Source of the DNA: an uncultured Planctomycetota bacterium
Lineage (GTDB): Bacteria; Planctomycetota; Planctomycetia; Pirellulales; PNKZ01
Assembly (NCBI GenBank): GCA_963708675.1
Contig: CAVPTO010000003.1
Coordinates: 480,288 to 544,287 of the forward strand
Length of the DNA: 64,000 nucleotides
Reading direction: 5' to 3'
Positions within the stretch are counted from its first letter, which is position 1, and every line of letters begins with the position of its first letter. The translations under genes were made by a program, and so were the position numbers. Below the pieces are notes generated by a model that saw nothing but the letters and a program-made list of their open reading frames with translations, was not told the DNA's origin and made no database searches. Below are positions 26,222-36,367 of this stretch, piece by piece.

Positions 26222-26452
26222 CTCATTGCAGGTGGCGCCGATAACTTGTTGCCGGTGATGAGAAGCAACGAGAGGCGCCGAGCGAAACGACGAGCGTGAA
26301 AGCGGCCTCTTGTTTAGCCGCGACGCGCCAGCGAGCGCGTGTTGTGCGTTGCGGCCCCTAACCGCGTTGACCATCCGCGACGTTTTCCAAGTCGTGTTCG
26401 CAGTTCGCCAATCCACAATGAGGACATGACCGTGAAGACACTTTAGATCTGA

Positions 26453-26887
26453 ATGTTTGCTCGTCGGAAATTGCCAAGCCTCAGATTGCAGATGTCGAAC
26501 CAGCAATATCAGACGCTATGGGTTGTGATTATTTACCTAGTCCTTTTCGGACTCGCATACGCGTTCACCAAATGGATGAAGGCCGGTGCGTACAAAAATG
26601 CTGAAAGTCCAACTTCTCCAAGCGCTACATGGTGGTAGGTTTCGCCTCTGATTGCAGCATGGCTCATAAAAGGCATTCTATTTTTGCGGACGGCGGAATT
26701 CGGCTATGTACCGCCGGCTCCTGATATAGACGGGGCCATCCTGCTCATCGTCTATATGCCGTCATCGATTCCGCTCGGATATTTTGCAGCATGCATCCCT
26801 TGGCCGTTACAGCCACGGATAAGGGACATGTGTGCCCTCATGGTTGGCGTCAGTGTCGCGCTCGCCATCGTCACCTGGGGGAAGTAG
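26453..26887 (+). pseudogene. Small multi-TM membrane protein frame interrupted by one in-frame TAG (26636-26638)
   Basis: ORFs 26453..26638 and 26684..26887 share one frame. The 45 nt between them read through as VSPLIAAWLIKGILFL, which is TM-like. Four hydrophobic segments in total. The region is visibly AT-richer than its flanks. Confidence 0.45.
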
Positions 26888-26943
26888 CCCCTCGGCGACA
26901 TCGATACCCCCTGATCGGTATCGCGCGGCAACAGCAGAACGCT

Positions 26944-27114
26944 TTACGGCTCGGGTACGCCGAGTTGGCGGCAAATGGCGCGGGCGGTGTAGTCGAGAAT
27001 CTCGCGGTGGCGAGGAATCGAGCTTTGACGGTTGGTCGCGGGATTGACCCACACGGAATGGGCGCGGCCTTCGCGAAGTAGACGACAGCCGTGGCTCGTC
27101 AGATGACGAAGCAA
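26944..27114 (-). CDS. hicA: HicA-family mRNA interferase toxin
   Basis: Minus-strand translation (S)AKRQDLLRHLTSHGCRLLREGRAHSVWVNPATNRQSSIPRHREILDYTARAICRQLGVPEP*. This ORF is absent from the ORF track because it is under 60 aa from its first canonical start. The only ATG/GTG/TTG after the in-frame stop at 27199-27201 is the TTG at 27114. A CTG at 27174 overlaps the hicB stop. Confidence 0.65.
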   Translation of the reverse strand: MLRHLTSHGCRLLREGRAHSVWVNPATNRQSSIPRHREILDYTARAICRQLGVPEP

Positions 27115-27170
27115 ATCTTGCCGCTTCGCCGAGTTTCTTTGGCTCGCTGAGCGAGCCTTGACGCTTCGCG

Positions 27171-27455
27171 TCAGGCAACGACGCCTGAGGGAACACTCTC
27201 AACGTCGGAGCTGGCTTGCAGGTGCAAGTAAATCGGCTCTTCGACGTCCATTGCGGCGTCTGAGATTTGCGGACTCGGAAGCGGCAACGGTTCGCCACCT
27301 TCGAGAACGCCTTCGGCCACGTCGACCAGAGCGAGCGTCAGAAGCCGTCGCGCTTCGGGTAAGTCGTCGGCACAGGTGATTGCCGCCGGAAAGTCGAGCA
27401 CTTGAGCGTGTACCTTGCCTTCGACGAACTTGTAGCCGGCTTTGTATTGAAGCAT
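27171..27455 (-). CDS. hicB: HicB-family antitoxin
   Basis: MLQYKAGYKFVEGKVHAQVLDFPAAITCADDLPEARRLLTLALVDVAEGVLEGGEPLPLP shows the HicB N-terminal fold pattern. ATG at 27455, with a GTG alternative at 27470. hicA lies immediately downstream. Confidence 0.7.
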   Translation of the reverse strand: MLQYKAGYKFVEGKVHAQVLDFPAAITCADDLPEARRLLTLALVDVAEGVLEGGEPLPLPSPQISDAAMDVEEPIYLHLQASSDVESVPSGVVA

Positions 27456-27508
27456 GGCGTTGCTCCGCACTCGGGAAGGCTAACTCTGACACATTATAGC
27501 AAACGCGA

Positions 27509-28668
27509 TCACGCGCGGCCGTGGACGGTCTCGCCGCCGAGGATTGTTGCGACGATTTCGAGGTTCGCCAGTGAGGAAGGTTGTGGCACGCGGAAGAGGG
27601 TGAGATCGGCGGAGTCGCCGGGGCGGAGTGTGGGGACGGGACGCGCGAGAAGTTGCGCGGGGTGCGTGGTGGCCATGGCGATCGCGGTGCGAAGATCAAC
27701 CGCGGCGAAACGCATGACGTTGGCGATGCCGACGCCGATCGGGAGCGACGCGCCGGCGAGGAGTTGATCCTGACCGGCGATGACGAGGCGGCCGTCGGTG
27801 AGGATTTCGAGCTCGCAACCGCTGCTGGTGTAGCGACCGGGGGCGAGACCGGCAAGGCCGGAGACGTCGCTGACGAGGATGCAGCGGGCGGGCGACTTGG
27901 CGCGGACGAAGGTCTTCACGACTTCGGGCGGCAGGTGGTGGCCGTCGACGATGAGGCTCGCGAAGAGGCGATCCTCGGCGAGCTGGTCCCAAAGGTAATT
28001 GGGATGTCGACGAAGCATGCGATGCGCGCCGTTGCCGAGATGCGTGCTCAGCCGAGCACCGGCGTCGACGGCGGCCTTGATCTGCGAACTGTTGGCGCCC
28101 GTGTGGCCGACGGAGATGCAAACGCCGCTGGCCGTGGCGCGGGCGATGAAATCGGGAGCTTCATCGAACTCGGCCGACATGGTGAGGATCGCGATGCGCC
28201 CGTCGGCGGCGTCTTGCAGGTGGCGGAACTCGTCCCAGTTGGGAATCTTGCAATGCTCGAGCGGATGCGCCCGCGAGCGCCGTCGTCTTTGCAGAAGTAC
28301 GGCCCTTCGAGATGAACGCCCCACACCGCGTGGCCGACATCGGCGAACTCACCGCACGCCTGCGCGACGGTGCGTAGTCCGTGTTCGAGGACCGGGATCG
28401 CTTGCGTCGTGAGCGTCGGGCAGATGCCGGTGACGCCGAACGCGTAGTGTTGACGCACGACCTTGGCGACGGCCTCGGGCGTCAGAGCGAGCGAGCTGAA
28501 TTCCTGACCGCCGTAGCCGTTGACTTGGATGTCGACGAAGCCGGGCGAGACGTAAACGTCGGATTCACGGCCGTCGTCGCGCACCGGCATGATGCGCTCG
28601 ATGCGGTCGCCGGCGATGGTGACCTGGACGAATTCGTCGTTGTCGTAGCGTCGAGCGGTGAACTGCAT
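27509..28668 (-). CDS. nagA: N-acetylglucosamine-6-phosphate deacetylase; single frameshift as assembled
   Basis: MQFTARRY..SPGFVDIQVNGYGG..GVHLEGPYFCKDDGARG in ORF 28048..28716 continues as AHPLEHCKIPNWDEF..SVGHTGANSSQI..THLGNGA..IVDGHHL..LVSD in ORF 27509..28324. One base appears missing at the G-run at about 28270-28272. Confidence 0.8.
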
Positions 28669-28749
28669 GGGGGTGGGCGCTGTTGGCGGGGCGGCGGAGC
28701 GCGACGCGTGGCGCACAGCGCGACCACAGCGCGACCACCGGTCGCGGCT

Positions 28750-30285
<1,536 letters not shown>

Positions 30286-30467
30286 GCGAAGTTGCCTGTT
30301 GTTGGGTGGGATGCGTTGCGATGCTTGTCGAGCGCGGCGCGTCGTCGACTCGGAGAACTTCGCATTGTAGTTGCCCGCGTTTCGCCTCGCCATCGCCCGG
30401 ATCGCGACATTTCGCCGCACCACACTCCAGCCGAGCACGCCACTCTTTCGAACCAGGAACACGCCGC

Positions 30468-32063
30468 ATGTTGAATCGCCGCCTCGCTGCTTGCTTTTTG
30501 GGCCTTCTCACCGCGTTGGTCGCTGCCGCCAACGTCAGCGCCTCGCCGCCGAACATCGTGTTCATCTTTTCCGATGACCACGCGTATCAGGCAATCAGCG
30601 CCTACGGCGACGAGCGGAAGCTGAACGAAACGCCGAACATCGATCGCCTCGGCCGCGAAGGAATGCGCTTCGACCGCTGTTTAGTGACGAATTCGATTTG
30701 CGGGCCGAGCCGCGCGGCGATCATGACCGGCAAATACTCGCACATGAACGGGTTCTACAACAACTCGAACAGCGTGTTTGACGGCACGCAGACGACGTTT
30801 CCGAAACTGCTGAAAGGCGTGGGCTATCAGACGGCGATCGTCGGCAAGTGGCACCTTGTGAGCGACCCGATCGGGTTCGACCATTGGCAGATCCTTCCCG
30901 GCCAAGGCGCGTACTACAACCCGCCCATGATTCGCAACGGCGAGAAGATCGTCGAACACGGCTACACGACCGACATCATCACCGACCGCAGCCTCGAATG
31001 GCTCAACAGCCGCGACAAGAGCAAGCCGTTTCTGCTGATGTGTCAGCACAAGGCGCCGCATCGCGAATGGGAACCGGCGTTGCGTCATCTCAATTTCGAC
31101 AACGACCGCCAGTATGCGGAGCCGCCGACGCTGTTCGACGATTACTCGGGACGCGGCATCGCGGAGCGCGACCAGGACATGACGATCGAAAAGACGATGC
31201 ACGACAAGGACGTGAAGCTCGTAGCGCCGGCCACGCTCGACGCCGAACAACGCAAGGTGTGGGACGCTTACTACGAGCCGCGTAATGCGAAGTTCCGCGC
31301 CGCGAACTTGCAGGGCAAGGACCTCGTGCGATGGAAGTATCAACGCTACATGCACGACTACCTGGCCTGCGTGAAGGCGGTCGATGAAAACGTCGGCCGC
31401 GTGCTCAAGTATCTCGACGACAATGGACTCGCCGACAACACGATTGTCGTCTACTCGGCCGATCAAGGGTTCTATCTCGGCGAACACGGATGGTTCGACA
31501 AGCGATGGATCTTCGAAGAGTCGCTGCGCACGCCGCTGTTGGTGCGGTGGCCTGGCGTGGCGAAGCCGGGCAGCGTCGAGGCCGGGCTCGTGTCGAATGT
31601 CGACTTTGCGCAGACGTTTCTCGAGGCGGCCGGGGTCAGCGCACCGAGCGACATGCAAGGTCGCAGCCTGGTGTCGGTACTCAAAGGCCAAAAGCCCGCC
31701 GACTGGCGAACCGCGTTCTACTACCAATACTACGAGTGGCCGACGCCGCACCATGTGCGTCCGCACTACGGCGTGGTGACCGATCGTTACAAGCTCATTC
31801 ACTTCTACGACGCCGACGAAATGTATTGGGAGCTGTTCGATCTGAAGAACGACCCGCATGAATTGCGCAGCGTTTACGGCCACAGCGACTACGCATCGGC
31901 GCAGAAGGAACTCGAAGGGCAACTCGCGCAGTTGCGCAAGGAGCTAAAGGTTCCCGATCAAGATCCGCCGGGAGCCCAAGGGCGGAAAGCTCAGACCGGC
32001 CCCGAAGGCAAAGGCCCTGCGGGTAAAGGACCAGGAAAATTCGGTAAGAAAAAGGCGTCATAA
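30468..32063 (+). CDS. Secreted sulfatase (formylglycine-type, N-acetylglucosamine-6-sulfatase/arylsulfatase-like)
   Basis: The ATG at 30468 gives [25 protein letters not shown]. Motifs [13 protein letters not shown] and the FGly motif [13 protein letters not shown]. Lys/Gly-rich C-terminal tail. Confidence 0.85.
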   Translation: MLNRRLAACFLGLLTALVAAANVSASPPNIVFIFSDDHAYQAISAYGDERKLNETPNIDRLGREGMRFDRCLVTNSICGPSRAAIMTGKYSHMNGFYNNSNSVFDGTQTTFPKLLKGVGYQTAIVGKWHLVSDPIGFDHWQILPGQGAYYNPPMIRNGEKIVEHGYTTDIITDRSLEWLNSRDKSKPFLLMCQHKAPHREWEPALRHLNFDNDRQYAEPPTLFDDYSGRGIAERDQDMTIEKTMHDKDVKLVAPATLDAEQRKVWDAYYEPRNAKFRAANLQGKDLVRWKYQRYMHDYLACVKAVDENVGRVLKYLDDNGLADNTIVVYSADQGFYLGEHGWFDKRWIFEESLRTPLLVRWPGVAKPGSVEAGLVSNVDFAQTFLEAAGVSAPSDMQGRSLVSVLKGQKPADWRTAFYYQYYEWPTPHHVRPHYGVVTDRYKLIHFYDADEMYWELFDLKNDPHELRSVYGHSDYASAQKELEGQLAQLRKELKVPDQDPPGAQGRKAQTGPEGKGPAGKGPGKFGKKKAS

Positions 32064-32123
32064 GGAAACCGCGGAAGCGCGCAAACGCTCACTTCCGCGG
32101 TCCCCTCAGTAGCCTTCGACTGC

Positions 32124-32909
32124 TCAGCCCCGCGCCGTCGCAGTCTTGCGTTTCGGCGCACGGCCGTTCTTATGCGGCTTGCTGCGCGTCGTATTGCTTG
32201 ATGTCGCAGCCTTGGGCGAAGCGCTTGTGACCGGGGGCACGGGCCGCCCGGTGGCTTGCACGTTGATCTGCTTCGAGATCTCGGTGAGCTTCTTGTCGGC
32301 GGCCCCTTCTTCGTCGAGCGTATGCTGCAGCAGCTTCACCGCGTTCTTATCGCCGAGCAATTTTGCGTAGGTGCGAGTACAGCCATAGCCAGCCATCTCG
32401 TAATGCTCCACTCGTTGGGCCGCAGCGATCAGCCCCGCATCCATGACGCCTTCCTTCGCATTCTCCTTCATCCATTCGTCGCCTTCCTTGACGAGCCCTT
32501 CCATAGCCTTGCACTTTGTCGACTTCGGCGTCATGCCGTGCGATTTGAAGATTTGCTCCAAGCGCGACGCATGCGTCTCGGTTTCTTTCAGGTGTGTTTG
32601 AAACGCATTTCGCAGCGACGCCGATGATGCCGCCTCGGCCATCTTCGGCAGCGCTTCGATCAGTTGTCGCTCGGCACTGAGCAAGTCCTGCAATTCTTTG
32701 AGATACAAGTCCTTCAGCGATTCGTATTCCATCGAGATGTCGTTCAGCAATCGACCACCGAGAGCGTCGGGCAGCATCGACGCGAGGCCCTTCGCCGCTT
32801 GCTTGCCTATCTTCATGACGGTGTCGGTCACGCCACTGTCGCTCTGCTTGCCCTTGGTTGATTCGGATTTGCGGGGACTCTTGCGAGTTTGCTCACGTGT
32901 CTTGGCCAT
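32124..32909 (-). CDS. DUF892 (YciE/YciF ferritin-like) family protein with basic N- and C-terminal extensions
   Basis: SLKDLYLKELQDLLSAERQLIEALPKMAEAASSASLRNAFQTHLKETETHASRLEQIF..RVEHYEMAGYGCTRTYAKLLG. Confidence 0.75.
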   Translation of the reverse strand: MAKTREQTRKSPRKSESTKGKQSDSGVTDTVMKIGKQAAKGLASMLPDALGGRLLNDISMEYESLKDLYLKELQDLLSAERQLIEALPKMAEAASSASLRNAFQTHLKETETHASRLEQIFKSHGMTPKSTKCKAMEGLVKEGDEWMKENAKEGVMDAGLIAAAQRVEHYEMAGYGCTRTYAKLLGDKNAVKLLQHTLDEEGAADKKLTEISKQINVQATGRPVPPVTSASPKAATSSNTTRSKPHKNGRAPKRKTATARG

Positions 32910-33017
32910 GTTGTTTTGATCTCCTGAAGTGTGTTGCGACGAACGATGGCGGATGCAAATCTCAGACCGCCATTTTTCAATCGTCGCTTAGAAGGAGTTT
33001 CGGAAACTGGTTCGCTC

Positions 33018-33087
33018 GCTTAGCCGCCCCGTCCACGGGGCGGAATCCGGGTCGTGGACGACCCGGCTAAGCAGGTTCTAAAACACC
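33018..33087 (+). repeat. Structured three-way-junction repeat, copy 2
   Basis: GCTTAGCC..CCGCCCCG-tcca-CGGGGCGG..CCGGGTCG-tgga-CGACCCGG..GGCTAAGC. Relative to copy 1, the differences keep base pairing. It sits about 120 nt upstream of the 33205 cassette. Confidence 0.75.
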
Positions 33088-33204
33088 TTCTTAGCCTGCT
33101 GTTTGCTCGCCGGCGATTGATCTTCAGACTGCAACGCCGATGTACACTTGGCATGGCCGATTCGGTGGGTAGGCTAAGGTGCATCGCGACGCCGGAAGGA
33201 CGCC

Positions 33205-34299
33205 ATGAAGGTCATCTCGCAACTCATTCGGCATTTCTGGCAGAGCGGCTCGCTGACGGCCGACGATGTCGAGTATCTGCTCCGCCACGGCTTCGCGCGG
33301 CAGAAGGACTTCCCTGGCTACCGCAAGGCGAAGCGACTGCCGGCGGTCGACCCGTGCGATGCTGACACTACCCCGAGCAAGCCGGCCGAGCCCCCGTCGC
33401 CGCTCGAGCACGTCGAAGAGTCGCTGGTCCGTCGTGCACTGCCAGGTCGCGGCGCGCCGAGCCGTCGAGGCCGCGCGGCATCGTCGGCCAAAGAGATCAA
33501 GATCGAAGACGTCTGCCAGCATGTTCGCGAGTTGTTCGACCGCCGGGCCGCCCATCTGCCAAGCCTCGTGCAGTTGGCCGGGTCCAATCAAGGCGACGAT
33601 TGGAAGGACTCGCTGATCGCGCTGCACAGCCTGCCGCAGCCGCGCGTCGAGCAGCTTTTGATTGAAGCGCTCGAACAGCGCAACAGCAATATCGAAGCGC
33701 TGTGGAACGCACTCGATCCCGAGCCGTTCGTGCTGCTGGCAAACACGCCGTCGTGGAAAGGCTCCGCGTGCAGCGCGTTCTCGGCCCTCGTTTCGTCCCC
33801 CGACTCGGCATCGCTCGGACGTTACAAGTGGATTCTCAAGTATCCCGAGCTGTGCGATCTGGCGAACATGCTTTACGTCTGGCGGCAGTTCTTGTGCGCG
33901 ATCGGCGGCGTCTACCGCGACGAACGTCCGCTGCTGACGCGCTCGCTCAAAACGGTGCGCGACCCGGTCGTGGTGTGGTCGTTCGTCCTGCTTTACAACG
34001 CGGCGCATCTGCACGACATCGAGAACCGTGCCGGTCGGCCGGAGTATGGCCCGCTCGACTTGCCCACGCACGACGTCTGGCGCTGCGCCTGGAATAGCGC
34101 CTTGATGATCGACTCGGCGACGATGTCGCCGTATCTGGCGGCTTGTTACTCGGTGCAATCGCCCGACGCCGACCCGATCGAGACGTGCCAATGTCCGATC
34201 ATGTGCCCCGATGGCTGGCGCGTGCCGGGCCCGCTGCGCCCGCATCCAATGGGTTCGACCGCAACGGATTCAACGACCGCAACAACAGGGGTGAGTTGA
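33205..34299 (+). CDS. Hypothetical protein, lead gene of the AAA+/vWA cassette
   Basis: 364 aa ORF with a GGAAGGA Shine-Dalgarno 5 nt before the ATG. I recognise no motif in it. Its TGA overlaps the next ATG (TGATG at 34297-34301). Confidence 0.6.
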   Translation: MKVISQLIRHFWQSGSLTADDVEYLLRHGFARQKDFPGYRKAKRLPAVDPCDADTTPSKPAEPPSPLEHVEESLVRRALPGRGAPSRRGRAASSAKEIKIEDVCQHVRELFDRRAAHLPSLVQLAGSNQGDDWKDSLIALHSLPQPRVEQLLIEALEQRNSNIEALWNALDPEPFVLLANTPSWKGSACSAFSALVSSPDSASLGRYKWILKYPELCDLANMLYVWRQFLCAIGGVYRDERPLLTRSLKTVRDPVVVWSFVLLYNAAHLHDIENRAGRPEYGPLDLPTHDVWRCAWNSALMIDSATMSPYLAACYSVQSPDADPIETCQCPIMCPDGWRVPGPLRPHPMGSTATDSTTATTGVS

Positions 34300-35321
34300 T
34301 GTCGACCGACGGCGAACGCATGGTCGAGACGGTGACGCTGAACCAGGCTCGCGAATTGATTCAGTGTCTCGCCGCGCAGCAAAGCATTCTGCTGCTGTCC
34401 CCTCCGGGAATGGGAAAGTCGGACATTGTTCATCAGGCGGCGGCCGAGGCGAAGCTGCCGTGTCGCTCGCTGTTGGGAACGCAGATCGCGCCGGAGGACG
34501 TGAGCGGCATTCCGCGCATCATCGGCGAACGCTCGGTCTTCTGTCCGCCGCGAATCTTGTTGCCCGAGAAGCCCGAACCGTTCTGCTTGTTTCTCGACGA
34601 GATGCCCGCCTGCACGCCCGACGTGCAAAAGGCCTTCTACTCGCTGTTGCTCGAGCGACGCATCGGCGAGCATCGCCTGCCTGCCGGCACCTGGGTTGTC
34701 GCGGCGGGAAACCGCACCGAGGATCGCGCGCTGGTGCGAACCATCTCCAGTGCGCTGGTCAATCGCGTCATCATCCTGCACGTGCGTGTCGACGTCCCCG
34801 AGTGGCTCGATTGGGCGGCCCGCGCTCGAGTGCGACCTATCATTCGCGAATACATTCGTGTTTGTCCCGATGCGCTGTTGCGGCCAGTTCCACGCACGCC
34901 GGTCCCGTTCTCGACGCCACGCGCGTGGGCGTCGCTGTCGCGAGCCTTAGATCTCGCCGAACAGGCTGGCATTCTCGATCACGAAATCATGGTGGCCTTG
35001 GCGGCGGGGCGGGTTTCGGATGTCGACGTTGACCCGATCGTCGCATGGCTGAAGGCCGATGGTCCCACCGATCATGCTCCGCCGCGCACCGTGCCACGCA
35101 CGCTGCTCGTGATGTCGATCGACGACCTGGAACTGTCAGTGCGTGCGACCAACATTCTGCAAAGCGAAGGCATCAACACGGTCGGCGAGCTGATCATCCG
35201 CACGCGTGAGGAACTCATGGCGATGCGCCATTGCAATGAGACGGCACTGCAATCGATCGTTGATGGCTTGGCCGCTCATGGACTGTCATTGGCCCCCAGC
35301 ACGACGACCACGATCATCTAA
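34299..35321 (+). CDS. MoxR-type AAA+ ATPase fused to an RNA polymerase alpha-subunit C-terminal-domain-like (HhH) module
   Basis: Walker A LLLSPPGMGKSDIV, Walker B FCLFLDEMPA, and VVAAGNRTEDRA. The C-terminus MSIDDLELSVRATNILQSEGINTVGELIIRTREELMAMRHCNETALQSIVDGLAAHGLSL matches the alpha-CTD consensus pattern. Confidence 0.8.
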   Translation: MSTDGERMVETVTLNQARELIQCLAAQQSILLLSPPGMGKSDIVHQAAAEAKLPCRSLLGTQIAPEDVSGIPRIIGERSVFCPPRILLPEKPEPFCLFLDEMPACTPDVQKAFYSLLLERRIGEHRLPAGTWVVAAGNRTEDRALVRTISSALVNRVIILHVRVDVPEWLDWAARARVRPIIREYIRVCPDALLRPVPRTPVPFSTPRAWASLSRALDLAEQAGILDHEIMVALAAGRVSDVDVDPIVAWLKADGPTDHAPPRTVPRTLLVMSIDDLELSVRATNILQSEGINTVGELIIRTREELMAMRHCNETALQSIVDGLAAHGLSLAPSTTTTII

Positions 35322-35338
35322 ACAAGTTTCGTCGAAGG

Positions 35339-36367
35339 ATGCTTCGCATGTCGGACCGCACCGTGACGCTCGGCCAGGCGAAGTCGCTGCTCAAGAGCAT
35401 GGCCCACGATCAAAGCCTGCTCCTGCTGTCGCCTCCCGGCATGGGCAAGTCCGAGATCGTTCACCAGGCGGCGGCCGAGGCGGGCTTGCCGTGCCGTTCG
35501 CTGCTAGGAACGCAGATCGCGCCCGAGGACGTGAGCGGCGTGCCGCGGATCGTCGGCGAACGCTCGGTTTTCTGCCCGCCGCGTGTGCTGTTGCCCGAGT
35601 CGCCCGAGCCGTTCTGCCTGTTTCTCGACGAGTTGCCCGCCTGTCCGCCTGACATTCAGAAGGCGTTCTACGCGCTGCTGCTCGAGCGGCGGCTGGGCGA
35701 GCATCCGCTTCCGAAGGGGACGTGGGTCGTCGCTGCCGGCAACCGCGCCGAGGACAACGCGCTCGTGCGTTCGCTCAGTTCCGCCCTCGTTAATCGACTG
35801 TTCACGATTCACTTGCGTGTCGACACGAAGCAGTGGCTCGTGTGGGCGAAGAACGCCGGTGTGAGGCCCGACATTCTCTCGTACATCGTGTACATGCCCA
35901 GCGCCTTGATGCGCCCCGTGCCTCGCGTGCCGACGCCGTTCTCGACGCCGCGAGCGTGGACGTCGTTGTCGCGATCGCTGACGTTGGTCGAGCAATCGGG
36001 CAAGCTCACCAACACCACTCGTCGCGCGTTAGCCTTCGGCAGCATCAGCTCCGACGACGCCGCCATCTACTGCGCCATGGCCGAAGAAAATCTCGGCGAG
36101 CTTTTGCCGATCGAAGAGTACTTTGCCGATCCCGACGCCGTTCCGTCGGCCGACACGGCCCGATGGTTCATCATCCACCGCATTCGACAGCTCGTCGGGC
36201 GTAACGAGTTTCCGGCGTCCATCACTCCGCAAGAAGTGAACGGCTTTCTCAGCTATCTGCCGCAGGAGTTCAGCTTCGCGTTGATGGTCGATCTCGTCGA
36301 TCAATGGGCGCGGCTGGGTGCGTCGCCGGCAATGCTCAACTCGCTGAAGGAAATCACCGGGCTATGA
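35339..36367 (+). CDS. MoxR-type AAA+ ATPase, tandem paralogue without the alpha-CTD module
   Basis: Walker A LLLSPPGMGKSEIV, Walker B FCLFLDELPA, and VVAAGNRAEDNA. About 80% nucleotide identity to 34380-35000 by eye. Alternative ATG at 35348. The stop overlaps the next start (ATGA at 36364-36367). Confidence 0.8.
   Translation: MLRMSDRTVTLGQAKSLLKSMAHDQSLLLLSPPGMGKSEIVHQAAAEAGLPCRSLLGTQIAPEDVSGVPRIVGERSVFCPPRVLLPESPEPFCLFLDELPACPPDIQKAFYALLLERRLGEHPLPKGTWVVAAGNRAEDNALVRSLSSALVNRLFTIHLRVDTKQWLVWAKNAGVRPDILSYIVYMPSALMRPVPRVPTPFSTPRAWTSLSRSLTLVEQSGKLTNTTRRALAFGSISSDDAAIYCAMAEENLGELLPIEEYFADPDAVPSADTARWFIIHRIRQLVGRNEFPASITPQEVNGFLSYLPQEFSFALMVDLVDQWARLGASPAMLNSLKEITGL

Noticed and set aside
26636-26638. 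TAG read as pyrrolysine or programmed read-through
   Set aside because: No pyl genes or PYLIS-like context are visible, and this is the only such case in the window. A plain nonsense mutation or sequencing error is more parsimonious.
23000-27500. Intact prophage or integrative element
   Set aside because: Only one phage-type HTH gene (itself frameshifted) and a TA pair are present. I recognised no integrase, capsid or terminase large subunit, att-like direct repeats or tRNA target.
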